A stretch of DNA of 64,000 bases from Vicugna vicugna (taxonomy: Eukaryota), in contig MU057651.1 of the NCBI GenBank assembly GCA_013265495.1, positions 1,747,674-1,811,673 on the forward strand, read 5' to 3'. Both the position numbers and the translations under genes were made by a program. The notes under the pieces are model-generated. The model was not told the DNA's origin and ran no database searches. It worked only from the letters and a program-made list of their open reading frames with translations. Numbering within the stretch: the stretch's first letter is position 1; every line of letters starts with the position of its first letter. This document shows positions 1 through 12,403 of the stretch, piece after piece.

Positions 1-9
1 TTTGTAGTT

Positions 10-132
10 ATTTTTATTTTTTGGCTGAAGGAATTAATTAGTTTTTTTTTTTTCAGAGGAAGGACTGGGGATTGAACCCAGGACCTTGTGCACTCTAAGC
101 ATGCGCTCTACCCCTTGAGCTATACCCTCCCC
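10..132 (-). mobile_element. tRNA-derived SINE (Vic-1-like, camelid)
   Basis: Reverse complement reads GGGGAGGGTATAGCTCAAGGGGTAGAGCGC...GGTCCTGGGTTCAATCCCC (A and B boxes) plus an A-rich tail. Flanking direct repeat TTTGTAGTT at 1-9 and 136-144. Confidence 0.85.
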
Positions 133-871
133 TCTTTTGTAGTTTTTTTTTTTTTTTAATGAACTGTGTGCTCAGGCATGCTGTTTGCCCAGTTTTCTTT
201 TGGAATATTCATTTTTTAAAAAATTGGCTTGAAGGCACTACATTTATACTGCTTTGCTTTAAAATCTTCAAGAATATTGGGGTGAACTAAGGAAGGGGTC
301 GCTCACATTCTGGGATGCATGCTAAGTGTTTGACCTTTTAAGTTATTCCTCCGACGGCGTGAATGTTTTAACAATTGAAGCCACCTGACCAAAAAAAACC
401 CCCCAAAACCCCAAAACCCCTCCAGAAAACCCCAATCTTTGTACATTTTCCCAAGCAATCTAATGGTCAGTGTAAATGGGAGTGAAGAATTATGAATGTA
501 ACAAGTGTCCCTGATTATAGTTGCACTCGTAAGTCAAAGAAGACAGTTCGTAACAGTTTGGTCCAGTGTTTCAGTTTTGCCTGTTAAATTATTCCTGTCA
601 ATGCTTGTATGCGTTTAGCCAGGAATGTTTGACTGGCGGTTGATTCAAGACATGAACTATCTTACCCCTTTATTTCTCCCATTTCTGTCCAGCGAACGTA
701 CATGGGAAGGTGGGGAAAATTAATTTTTCTTAATACAAGAAGCACCTTTTCCCACAGACCCATTGAGGCTGCATGATGACTGTTCACCACAGCTGGAGGT
801 CAACCTGATACCTGTTCTGGTAGTTTAAAAAGTGTAGTAATAATAATCCTTATGGCCACAAGGGGAAATAT

Positions 872-990
872 TGCAGGTCTGTTTTACACCTGAGGGAAAT
901 GACACTCAGAGAGGTTAGGTAAGTTTCCAGAAGTCACACAGCACGTTGGAGGCTGAGACTGGATTCCAACCGGGGTGTATGCGGATTAAA
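872..990 (-). mobile_element. MIR fragment
   Basis: ttttacacctgagggaaatgacactcagagaggttaggtaagtttccagaagtcacacagc resembles the reverse-complemented MIR core. Confidence 0.7.
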
Positions 991-1717
991 AGATCGGACT
1001 GTCCCCAGCCTGAGGGTCCACCCTGAGTGAGGCCGGAGGGCACAGGCGGGGCGTTCTCTGAGTCCCCTCGCACTCCTTCATCACCAGGCAAACTTACTAA
1101 GTCGGATCCAGCATCCAGACAGCCATGCCCTCTTTGCACTTTGTAGCACCTGCTGCAGGGACGGAAGCCTCTGTTCCATGAGCAGGTGTCTGCAGCCACC
1201 GCCTGCCTGAAGTGTTTGCGAAGGCGCGTAGCTCCTTGTGAATGTCAGAAGATGCAACCTGGAGACCCGTCTGAGGGGTCTGGCTTCTGGGACAAGACGT
1301 GGCTGGAGGCAGGGTGGGCACATCAGCCAGGGGACCGGCTGGTGACCTTTTAAGTCCTCTAGAATCTAAACAGCCGGGTGTTCTGTTCTGGCCGAGAGCA
1401 GCCCGAGCCCCAAGCCCAAGGCCAGGAGGGCATCAGGCATTTATCTCCGTGATCATTTTGGAAATCTCGGGGTTTGGCACCAGCAACATCTGGGTTCTTT
1501 TAGCTTGAGTTAGACAGTTCCCATAATTAACCCAGCAAATGTGCACACGTTACGCCATGAATGAGTGTTATCCAGCCTTCTGATCTCATAAAATTATCGG
1601 GAAGGGGGTATGCTTACATCCATATCTGCATTTGTATGAGAAGGGGTCAAATTTCGCGTAATAATGTACCTTTTCTGGCGCTAAAATCTCTCTATATGCT
1701 GATGTAATAATTGCTTC

Positions 1718-2004
1718 GAGGGAAGGATAAATTGGGAGTTTAGGAATTACTATATATAAAATAGACAAACAACAAGGTCCTGCTGTGCAGCACAGGGAAC
1801 TACACTTAATATCTTGTAGTAACTTACAATGGAAAAGAATCTGGAAACAATATCTGTATACTTATAACACACATTGTATATAATATGTATTCTGTATAAA
1901 ATGTATGCATATAAAGCTGTGTATGTGTGTATATGTATGTCTAAAGCTGAATCTCCTTGCTGCAGACCTGAAACATTGTAAATCAACTATACGTCAGTAA
2001 AAAA
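1718..2004 (+). mobile_element. L1 3'-UTR fragment
   Basis: ataaattgggagttt...aacaacaaggtcctgctgtgcagcacagggaac...aatggaaaagaa...acattgtaaatcaactat plus A tail; motif shared by the other copies in the window. Confidence 0.85.
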
Positions 2005-2480
2005 TTAACCTGCCTTCAGACATCTCCTGGGTCCTAAGGATTCTGCCCAGATGTCCCTTCTGGGGTGACTCTCTCCTCACGTTTGCCCCAAACGTCCCAA
2101 GGCTTCCTCTTGGGTACCCACCCTGGACGCACTGCCCACCTTATTACATCACTGTTTACCTTGTGTTGGGTTTTTTTTTTTTAAACTGAACCCTGATGTA
2201 CTGCCTTTTTGGAGGACGGACACCAGCCTGTGCCCACTGTGCTCTCAGGGAACAGCTGACAGATGAGGGAGGTGTTTCGGATAAGCATCGTTTTCTCCAG
2301 CTCTGCCGTCAACGCGAGTGTCGATAATTTATCTCCCCAAATGGTTCCCTTTTCTTTCAAAATGCTTTCTTCTGGGACTTCACTCACTGCTCTTTGATTG
2401 TCTGTATTTCAATTTGGTATTTGTAAACGGTACAGTCCATTTGTACATCTGTTCTTTTTTTGTTTGTTTGTTTTGCATTC

Positions 2481-2625
2481 TTTTTTATTGAATAGTCGTT
2501 TGCAACGTTGTGTCAATTTCTGGTGCACAGCGTCACGTCTCAGTCATACATGGGCACACATACATTCCTTTTTCTATTCCTTTGCCTCCTAGGTTACTAC
2601 AAGACAACTGAATAGAGTGCTCTGT
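2481..2625 (-). mobile_element. L1 3' tail fragment
   Basis: ttttttattgaatagtcgtttgcaacgttgtgtcaatttctggtgcacagc...tacaag. Confidence 0.75.
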
Positions 2626-3425
2626 TCACTTCTGGCCTTTGGAAGGCCCCTTTTCTTGTGGAATTCTTTATATCAGATTTTCCGAGGTGCTTCTGAGGTG
2701 GGCGTGGCCGGCGTCTCAGGCCGTGTCTTCTTGAGACACGGATGAAGGCTGCAGTCCGTGGGCCCGCCTCTCTTTTCGCTCCTGATTTGTCTCCCTCGTG
2801 CTGGACCAGGGTGTCGCGCTCACTGGCTGGTTGGCCCGAACGGAGGCGGGCTTTCCATGGAGATTCTGCGCCTCCGCCCCGATGATCACCCTGGAAGGGA
2901 GCCTGGAGGGAGGACCTCATGAAAGGCATCTTTCCTGCCCAGGATGCAACTGGGGCTTCCTCGGGGAGGACCTCGGGGTGCGAGCAGACAGGGGCAGCCT
3001 GGAGATGGGGAATTCTCAGGGGGGCAGAGCCCTTCTCAGCCCCACTCACACTCCATCCGTCCGTGCACTTGGGGACATCGGGACGTGTTGCTTTGGTTCC
3101 TTTTGGCGTTAGAATTCCCACTCATGTAGCAGACTTCTTTTAAACCCATACGCATACACCTGAGGCCCCGTCTCTCTGTCCTTTCCTGTCTGCCTCCTCC
3201 CTTCTGAAGCAAGGTCAGAGTGGGGTCCGCCGTGAATTCTGTTCCTGCGACTGAAGGTCACGATTCGCCTTCCAGAGTTGTCACCCAGGTGGAGCCTTGG
3301 AGCTGGTGGTGTCCCGGAGCTAAGAGCTCACAGCTAAGACAATGAGGGGTCTGCAGGACTGGGGTGTGTTGGGGACCACGCACATCCCCGAGGACTCAGG
3401 CCTGCCCATCCTCCTGTCCCTGCAG

Positions 3426-3666
3426 GCGGCGGGACCGCAGCCCTGCGGGGTGGCCCCCTGCTGCTGGCCCAGGCGGCTGCCCTCCTGGGGAGGCGACTTC
3501 GCCGCTCCTGCCGGGCCTGGAGAGGCACCCTGTCCACCCTGCTCCTGCCTGTGCTCTTCGTGGGCCTGGCCATGGCCCTGTTCATGGTGCGGCCGCTGGC
3601 TGTCAGCTACCCTCCCCTCAAGCTGGTCCTGGGCCACTATGACACGGACGAAACATACTTCTTCAG
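3426..3666 (+). CDS. ABCA13: ABCA13 exon 1/17 in window (first TM helix of TMD2: ...[70 protein letters not shown])
   Basis: Acceptor ctcctgtccctgcag|, donor TTCAG|gtaagg; 241 nt, phase 1 to 2; matches the ABCA '[12 protein letters not shown]' helix. Confidence 0.9.
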
Positions 3667-6600
3667 GTAAGGACCTTGTTTGGTTTTCCCCGTGCTTCAA
3701 AATTATGTCCAGACAGAGTACGAACAGCAAGAGGTTTGACGCTTTACGACTTTCCGGTAGACACGTGTTTTCACCGATTTGGAAGTCGGGGCTCCGGAGG
3801 GTGAGAAGTTATCACTTCGTTCCAGGCCTGTCTCAGGGCAGACGCTTAGGAAAGGGGACGTGCAAAGGGCCAGGCTCCCCCCGGGCAGGCCCAGGCCAGG
3901 AACTGGGAGGGTGAGACGTGTTCCAGAATATTTAGGATTTAAAAAACCTTATATAAATGGTATATTTCACAAACCCCTCCAGGGTTGCACCTGGGACACC
4001 GGCCTTCATCCGCACGGTCCGCTCTGCAGAGAAACCTCCGACTCTTCTCAAGCCAGCTTAGGTCCACGTTTCTGCCAATAAATTCAGACCAGTCTGTGTT
4101 TGGCCTCCCGATGAATTTACGTAGGAAGCGCTCAGAGCCCTCAGGGATTTCATTTCACCGACGCGGGATGGGGGACCCAGGAGAGGGCCCCTGACCACCT
4201 CGGGTCCCCGCCCCTGGGTGGCTGGCTCCCCTCTGGATTCGGGCCACTGTGTGGACACTGGGCACCTGCTGCCGGCTGGCCCTGCAATGGCCGGGGTGAC
4301 GGGCATCTTTCACTGAGCGATGAGCGGGACAGCCCCTTGGGGGCCGAGACGCAGGGACACACAGGGGTGGGCGACCAGGAGCTCAGTGTTAGTGTTGCTT
4401 CTGTCAAATACGTCTTGATTAACACAATGAGCCTCGCGAGCCGGGCCCCGAGGGCTTGCGGCTGTCTCTGCAGCTTTTCCAACGGCGTGCAATTTGGAAA
4501 TAGATTTAAACAATCACAGGATGAGAGGGAAAAATCAAGAACGAACCCGTCCGTTGCTTTCTGTCTCCTTTGCTTAATGAGCTTTCCCCCTTCTGCATAT
4601 CTTGAGGCTCCCGGAGTCTGGGTTCAAGTATCTCATTTAGGCACTGCCTTTGGAATCACAATTAAATCACAATTAAACAGTTTCCAACTCCTGGAAGCTG
4701 CTAAGAACAGGCTTCGTGTTTGTAACAGCACTTTAAAATATAGCCAAGGCTTTGAAGACAAGCAAAAAGCGAGAGTTTCAGAACAAGCATTTGAATTTTT
4801 ACGGCAACAGGGAAAATTCAAAGCTTGTTCTTTTTTTCATTTTCAACAGCGACCTCTAGACCGAAGGGAAAAAGTCGTGAAAAGTAAACCATCACGTTGA
4901 AACTTTCTCTTGGTAATTATTCCAAGGAAACTACTTCGTGGATCGATATTTTTTGTTTTTTCAGAAAAAAAAATTTTAAACTTCCATGTTTGTTGTTGGA
5001 TGCATGGGTCAGAAGAGAGCAGTTCAGAGTGTTTCCACGGATGCCACAAATAACGTTTCCTTTTTACAGGCAACGTTTCTGTGGGAAATAGGTCCTCTTC
5101 CTTCTGAAAGTGTTTTCTCATTTGTCAGAAACTTGAAGACTATTTATACTGCGGTCACACTGCATACTCGAGACAGACCTTGGCTGTAAATTTCAGCGTG
5201 TTTCATCCCTGTGTGTATTTCTGGCTGTGGCTGCACAAGAGAGTCATATTAGACCAGTTGTAAACCACCTCGATATTTTAAAATCTGCGTTGTATTTCGT
5301 GCAGCGGGGAAGATGGAGCTCTCCTATGAATGTTCCTTTTGGTTTTGGGTGCTGTGGTGGTGTGTGCATTTTTCAGCAGAAATACCCAACTTATTTGGCA
5401 AATGAGTTGGTCTTTTTTTTTTTTCTTCCCCATTAAGACTGGTCCTCTCTGGAAGGGAAGCAACCTGGGAAGACCAGATTGAGGACAGAGATGAAGGGTT
5501 GGGTCTTCGATTTCAGCCCTTTAACACGATCAATTTGTCCCACTAATTTTTGTTGAGAATCAGCTGTGTTCCAACTACCGCCCTAAGCCTCGTCCCCTTT
5601 CTCTGACAGGTTGTTCTGTTCCGTGGCGGGAAGCCCACGGTGAAAAGCCAGTGGAGAGGTGTGGCAGACCCTGGGTAGGAGAGGAGGCGGGCAGAGGGGG
5701 AAAAGGAGCTTGGAGCTTAGTGGCTGCAGATGGCTCCCCATCAGGTGGCAGAGACACAGGATGCCCTGTGGTGCCACGCCTCCAAGGCAGGCCCGCCCAA
5801 TCAGAAGGCAGCTCTGCTGGAGTGGGCGTGTCTCCTGGGAGAGGATGCTGGGCGTTGGTCCAAAGGCATCGCGGCCCTAAGAGTGTGGAGCACCTTACGG
5901 ACTAGGTGACCGGGGGCCACTGGTGTGTTTTGAGGTTGATACGCTAGAGACTGGCCGAGGGGATTATGGGAATTAGGACCCTCCGCAAAGGGCCCCTCTG
6001 CGCAGAGGGCGTCACCGCACACCTAGGGAAAGGATGCTTTCTTGAGCGCTAACTTTTCTTTGTTGGAAGAATTGGTGGTTGAGACTGAGGTGTCTTGCGT
6101 TTCTTAAGAGAAGCTAGTATTGTCAATTCTTTAGCAGCAACCACTGACGTTCATTTGTTAGTTTGCATACTGCTTCTTCCTAAAAAGATTTAACGTCATT
6201 ATACACATAGAATTAATGTGTCATGCTAAGAATATGTTTTTGCTTTGCTTTCTTTTGGGGAGAAGTGTTCCCAGAGATGCCTATTCAAAAGCATTTTGTA
6301 AATGACATGGTGTAAGTTCTAGAAAACAGTAAGTCTGTATTCTCTCATAAATCGTACAACTCAGAATTTTAATTAGTTAAAATGATTCTTTCATATATCC
6401 TACAATGCAAAATTGTAATTCATTAATATGAACCCTACTCCCAGTTAGCCCACTTTAGACAGGTTTAAAATATTGTCTCCTCTACGTTTTCTCAGGTCAA
6501 GATGTTTCTTACAACTGATGTATCAATTGTAATATAGACTTTGTTTCCACATGTGTCCCCGACTGGAGGAACAGTGTGTCTTATCTTTGACCTTGCTTCT

Positions 6601-7172
6601 CAGTGAGGCTGTTTGAACTATTAACTTCTGAGACTTGTGCCAGTCAAATAAATACGTACAATTCACTGTGTACCTAAAGCATATGTAGGACTTTTCACCA
6701 AGAAAAAGTTTGACATAGTTCACTAACAGAAACAAAAAAACAAATGTAAGAAATTGTTTTGTTGCAAGGGTATGTATGCCACAGGAGAAATATTCAGACC
6801 AAACCAGAGCTCCAACATTATGAGAATAGTTTTACATGTTTTAATATAGGAATATTATGCAGCCTTTATAATTAATCTTCAAAAACCAGACAAAAACACC
6901 AGAGTTGGTGATAGCATAATATGAAGCAACAAGATGAGAAAAATAATGCCCTGAATGCAACTATATAAAAATACACCTGTGGTAGCAAAAGTGTGCTTGT
7001 GACGTTTCTTCATCTCGTTGCTGGTCTGACTTCTCCATAAAAAAAAGTCTGAGCACCCAGGACCCTTGGCGGTGGGGAGGGGAGGAACCTATGAAGTCAG
7101 ACTGGGTCCTCTGACCTCAGTCGGCGAGTGCTGACCTCGACCGTCTTGTCTCCTCTGTCTTCCTGTGAGCAG

Positions 7173-7262
7173 CAGCCAGAGTGATGACAAGGGACTGACC
7201 CACGTGCTTTTGCAGAACTTTGGAGATCAGGACCTGCTCTGTGCCGACTCGAACCCCGACCT
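7173..7262 (+). CDS. ABCA13: ABCA13 exon 2/17 (SQSDDKGLTHVLLQNFGDQDLLCADSNPDL)
   Basis: Pyrimidine tract then gagcag|cag, donor CCT|gtgagt; 90 nt, phase 2-2; start could be 7176 (tandem acceptor). Confidence 0.85.
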
Positions 7263-8967
7263 GTGAGTATCGGAGCCGCGTTGCAAAAGTGCAGACTCCG
7301 GCGAGTAACCTGCGGACTGGGAGGACCCCCCCCCCGCCCCGTGGTTGGTAACGCGGTTGGCAGGTTTCATCCGCCGTCTGCAACGGCCTGAGACATGCTC
7401 CACAGTCACCCCTTTCCTTCCTGGGAAGACAGCATGCTTTGTATCATCGCAAAAAATTCATTAATAATGAATAATATTCAATTTGCCTAATAACCACCCC
7501 CCCCACCAAAGAGTAAAACTAAAAAGAATGAAGGAGCAAGTATGAAATATGCACTCACTGTTACTTACTTTCCGGGGTAAACTTGTACATAGGAAAAGGT
7601 TAATTATAATTTTTTTTTTAAGTAAAGAAACATCAAAAATCAGTCACATCAGTGAGGGGAGGAATTACTTTGAAGACTGTTTTGCTAGGATTTGAAAATG
7701 TTAATCTAGAGATGACCTTTTTACAAAACCTTCAGAAAACGTGCCTTTTTTCATGAGCAATTTCCTTCTTATTTTGGTTATTTGCTGTGGATCGGCTGTA
7801 AACATAATGCCGTTTTAGGACCAGGAGTGGCGCTGGACGTGGCCCTTTCTCGGGGACTTACAGCCCTGGGAGAGCTAAATGGGAAAAGTGACTGAAACCG
7901 TAATGATGTGTTAAGCACTAAATATGTTTCTAAGTTCTAAATAGGCAAATCCAGACAACACTGCAAAACCGGCGATGTGTTTTTCTAATTTGCGATGCAA
8001 CGTTTTGTGCATTAGTCATTCATGCTGGTAATTAACTCGAGGCTGAGCAACGATTAGCGGCTTCAGGACGGAAGCATTAATAGGAAATTAATGATGTTGT
8101 TTCACTTTAGTCTCTTCTTGAAAAAGAAAGTAATTTATTTAACAAAATAAAAGCTTCCATGGTGATGTTTTTATGCCCCTCCCCTCCGAAGAAACGCACA
8201 GGATGTAAAAAGCATCTACATTTGAGAAATTGTAATGTAACCCGGGGCCCTGCCTAGTCCCAGCCCAACGTTGCAACAAAGAAGGAGAAGGTTGGCAGAA
8301 AGAAAGATGTTTATTTAGTTTTTCAAGAGGAAAAAAAAGAATAGCATTAGTGCCAAGACAGCAGAATGTTTCCTGAATTCTGTTCCGACATCTGTTTCAT
8401 TTTGAGGAGCTTTTCCAGGGGATGGAGGCAGTGGGTCCCCATCTCTCGCTCCTCTGTCCTCGTCCAAGGATGCCAGTATCCACTTGAACGAGGTTTGATT
8501 CACTGCCATCCCAGATCGAAGCAAAAGATTTTATTGAGAACAAATAAGTTTTCTTCTCTTAGTGGAAACGTATTATTGAATTCAATGTCTACATTTTCCC
8601 TTCCTGGCAGACTTTAGATTATTGATTAGCAGACCCTTTTTGAAACCAGAAATTCAGTTCTATGTAATGACTTTTTTTTTGGTTCAGGTAGTCTGAGCTC
8701 ACACTCAGGGAACCGTGTTGAATTTCTGACCTTCACCTCCTCTTCTCCAAGAAGGCAGTAAAAGTCTCCGGAAAAAGCTACTGCAGTGTAAACTCGAACC
8801 GAGCTATACGTTTTCATGTGATGTGTAATTTAAATACTTCTGAAACATGCTGAAGTTGCCAGCTTTTAGAAGCAGACAAGTAGATGTAAACCCTGAGTTT
8901 TATTTCACAAGGCTTGTGTCTGGTGCCCCTCCAGCAACGGTCTCTTCTACTGTTTCTGATGTCAAAT

Positions 8968-9834
8968 TGTTGCCGAAACACGGCCTCCGCACCCCACTCA
9001 CCGAACTGAGACGCGAGGACAGAGTGTGGATGAAGCAGAAAAGGCAGCTGTATTTCTTTGCAGGCAAAGGAGGCCACAGTGGGCTGATGCCTCCTAGACT
9101 GTGAGCCTGCCAGGAAGAGAAAGCAGGGTTTTATAGTAAAAGTTCAGGAGTTCAAGGGGCAGAGCTGGTTTCCATAGAGATCACACACAGGGTAACAAAT
9201 TGTTGCCAAGTTGTTCTTGTTTTTGCAGATGCAGGGGTCCCCTTCCCTCTGCTGGGTGTGAAGTTCACCTCCAGCTTTGGGGCTCTCTTAATAGTCTTGT
9301 TTTTAGAACAAAAGATGCACAAGAAGGGGCTCCATGGGAGAGAAAAACGTGTGCAGTTTAAAGTCAGTTTGATAAATGCTTCTAGCCTGTTAAGCAGGCT
9401 GAGGGCTGGGACCTCCTGCTGCAGGCTGGGACCTGCACCTCAAACAGTAGGATATGGAGGAACCACAAGGTGCTAAAAATAACTGCAGACATGTGCAGTT
9501 GGAGCGAGTTATGAACAAGATGCCCAGAACCCCTGACTGCTGTGTCTGAGGTGTTGGGAGCTAAGGCAGGTCATTGGAAGCAAAACACGTCCACAGATAT
9601 GGCTCAGAATATTATCCCCAGCCCTTGAGGAGGAACTAAAGTTCCCTGACTTTGTTTAATGGCTCAACTATTATTATTGTGTTTTGCTTGACTGTTTCCC
9701 CTTGTTTCTCTATTTTCTTATTTCTCTGATTGAACTTATTCCTTGACTTAAGTTTTTCTACAGACAAGAGGCAGGCGGAGGAATTGGGGAGGTGATCTTC
9801 CTGGGAAGGCCCCAGAGGGTCCTGCTCTGTTTCA
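8968..9834. mobile_element. ERV LTR-derived sequence (possibly composite)
   Basis: TG...CA ends (tgttgccgaa ... ctgtttca). The segment gaggaggaactaaag..ctgactttgtttaatggct..actattattat...ttttctacagacaagaggcaggcggagg...gggaaggcccca resembles laurasiatherian ERV LTRs as I recall them; family not assigned. Confidence 0.55.
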
Positions 9835-10875
9835 GGACCAGGAGGCCTTTCTCACACACACACACACTCAGTTGGGGTCCCCATCACTGCTCCTGTGTCC
9901 CGCAGAACACCATAAGGGAGTGCTCACCAAGACAGGGGATGGGTGCTTAGGTTCCTGAAATCTGGGAGGAAGATTAAGTGGAAACATCGAATTCTTCACA
10001 TTTCATCTCCTCTTCCTTGTATGAATGCTTACGCAGCTTCCTGGTGACCCTTGGTGCACAAAACTTGTCCGAGACCAAGAGAGATATCCAGATATAAAGT
10101 GTGTTAGATGCCATTGCTGATCATTGTGCTACCTGGCAGGTCCATATTTTTCCTCTAAAATAGGAAGCTAGAAGAAGAGTTAGTGGAGGATTTGGAAGCG
10201 ACAAAGAAGACTTTTTGAAAACATTCGTTAAGTGATAAAAATTGCTAACAGTCACTGAAAGCCTGCAGCCAAAGCGAGGAAGACTCGCTGAGTTTAAGAC
10301 GTGTAAACAGACTCATTTTTCCCCCCCAGTTAATCATGTTCAAGACAGAAGGCAGTCTGATTACACACATAACTCCCTTAGGTACTGTTTCGCTGTTCAC
10401 TTTTAACTCTCAAACTGGGGTCCCATAATTATGCTAATTAACCAAGAAAGTAGCCTTTAAATTATTTTTGGTATTTCAAAAAATTACACTTTGCTTGCCT
10501 GGTTTGGAGAAATGGCAAGTGTCTTTTCATGGGACCAGATGTTTTGCAACTGGGTGTTCTTACGTGAGAACAGCCCAGCCCAGAGCAAAGAGCAGGGACT
10601 CTGAGCTCAAAAGACCCTCCTTCCAAAGCGTGATCTCGGGCGACCCCCTCATCTCTTAGAACCTCACTCAATCTTCCAAATAGTGGGGCTAGCAGAGGTT
10701 TTAGTCAAAATATCTAGCTGGGTGCCCGAAGTTCAGTAATGTTAATTTCCTTCCTTCTCTCCCAATTTCTGAGTAAATAATGAGTATCGTTACTACAGCA
10801 GATTTTGGTTTACAAAACAGTAGTGAAAAAATGAGTCCAAGTTAACAAGGAGGAAGGCCGTGGGAGAGCTTTGGA

Positions 10876-11109
10876 ATTTAGGAGTTTGGGATTAGCAGAC
10901 ACACACTACTGTATGTAAAACAGATGAACAACAAGGACCTACTGTACAGCACAGGGAACTGCATTCAGTGTCCTGTAATAAACTATAATGGGAAAGAATC
11001 TAAAGAGGATGTGGATGTGTGTGTATCATCACTGATTCATTTTGCTTTACACCTGAAACTAACACAACATTGCAAACCAAGTCTTCGTCAATAAAGAAAT
11101 AAATGAAAA
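10876..11109 (+). mobile_element. L1 3'-UTR fragment
   Basis: ggagtttgggattagcagac...aacaacaaggacctactgtacagcacagggaac...cctgaaactaacacaacattg...A-rich end. Confidence 0.85.
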
Positions 11110-11619
11110 GGTTTGCAACCACTGCTGTAAGTGGTTTTCGTAACAGTCTCTTCTGCACAACCTTTCCTGCTAATGGACATTTTAACGTTCGCTACTTTTC
11201 TGTAAATGATGGTTCAATTACAGTGTCATGCTATGAAAAGGAATTAGCAGCTCACTGTGTTCATTAATTTGTGTTTCTTAACACCAGCCAGACTGGGGCT
11301 GAAGGAACCTGGTTTTGAGAGAAGGAGATCCAGGATTCACCATGGCCCCCGGGCCCCCCACTGAAAGCCCCAGGGAGCTTCAGTGGTACATTCAATACAG
11401 CGACCAGAGTGAGCATCATTTAATGTAACGGAAATATTGTCATTGCAGTAGAACCTGGTCATCAGATGGGCAGCTCAAGCTGTGCAGACAAATGCAGAGC
11501 TGGCCTCATGTGGCAGGAGGTGATAATCTTGTGAGCCGTGGTCTAGTCTGGGGGTCGCTCCTCCATGCAAACCCAGTAGCTGTGTGATCTGAGAGATGCT
11601 TCTGGTTCTGTTTCATTAG

Positions 11620-11689
11620 GAAGAATTCTCCGTGCTGGCACACGGACCCCGCCCCTCCCCCGGGAGTCCAGGATCCCTGTGGCTGCCAG
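11620..11689 (+). CDS. ABCA13: ABCA13 exon 3/17 (KNSPCWHTDPAPPPGVQDPCGCQ)
   Basis: tttcattag|G ... CAG|gtaagt; 70 nt, phase 2 to 0; ECD2 cysteines. Confidence 0.88.
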
Positions 11690-12138
11690 GTAAGTTTCTG
11701 CAGAGATTTTGATTTTTTTTTAAAACATCTAAACCTCGAGTGACAAAAATGAGTTTATCCCATCTGAAAAACCTGCATCATTGTTAACTGAAGTGAGCCT
11801 CTGTGACTTTTAGGGTCACTTGATGAGCTGCTTCTTGGGCCATGGATCCCACGGTGGCACTCCTGCCCACCCCCTCCTGATCGGCATCAGTAACGGCCCA
11901 GTGGCATTTATCAAGCAAATAAATCTTCCTCGATTGATGACGAGGAAGGTACAATTGCCCCTTTAGGGAGAAATGTCCCAGAATTTCAAGGCAGGATGAT
12001 CTCAAGTCTCTTCTTATATTTTTATCTGAGTTCTGAGATCTAGGTAACAAGGCTAGATGTTACTCAGCTCTGTCAGCTCTGACTGACTAATACAAAAACA
12101 TACGAAGATGTTGTAAATAAGTTCACTTGTGCCACTGG

Positions 12139-12403
12139 ATTCACAGACAGAGAAAACAAACTTATGGTTACGAAAGGGGAAAGGGAGAGATAAATTAAGA
12201 GTTTGGGATTACTAATATTCTATATGAAATAGATAAACAGCAAGGACCTACTGTACAGCACAGGGAAATATATTCAATATCTTGTAATAACAAAATGGAA
12301 AAGAATCTGAAAAAGAATGTGTATTTATATGTATATCTGAATCACTATGCTGTACACCAGAAACTAATACAACATCGTAAATTGACTATAATTTTAAAAA
12401 AAT
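12139..12403 (+). mobile_element. L1 3'-UTR fragment
   Basis: tcacagacagagaaaacaaacttatggttac...caaggacctactgtacagcacagggaa...ccagaaactaatacaacat. Confidence 0.85.

Noticed and set aside
693..709. Possible upstream ABCA13 micro-exon (ttctgtccag|CGAACGTACATGGGAAG|gtgggg)
   Set aside because: Good pyrimidine tract, but a weak donor and no recognisable ABCA13 peptide. Cannot be supported without transcripts.
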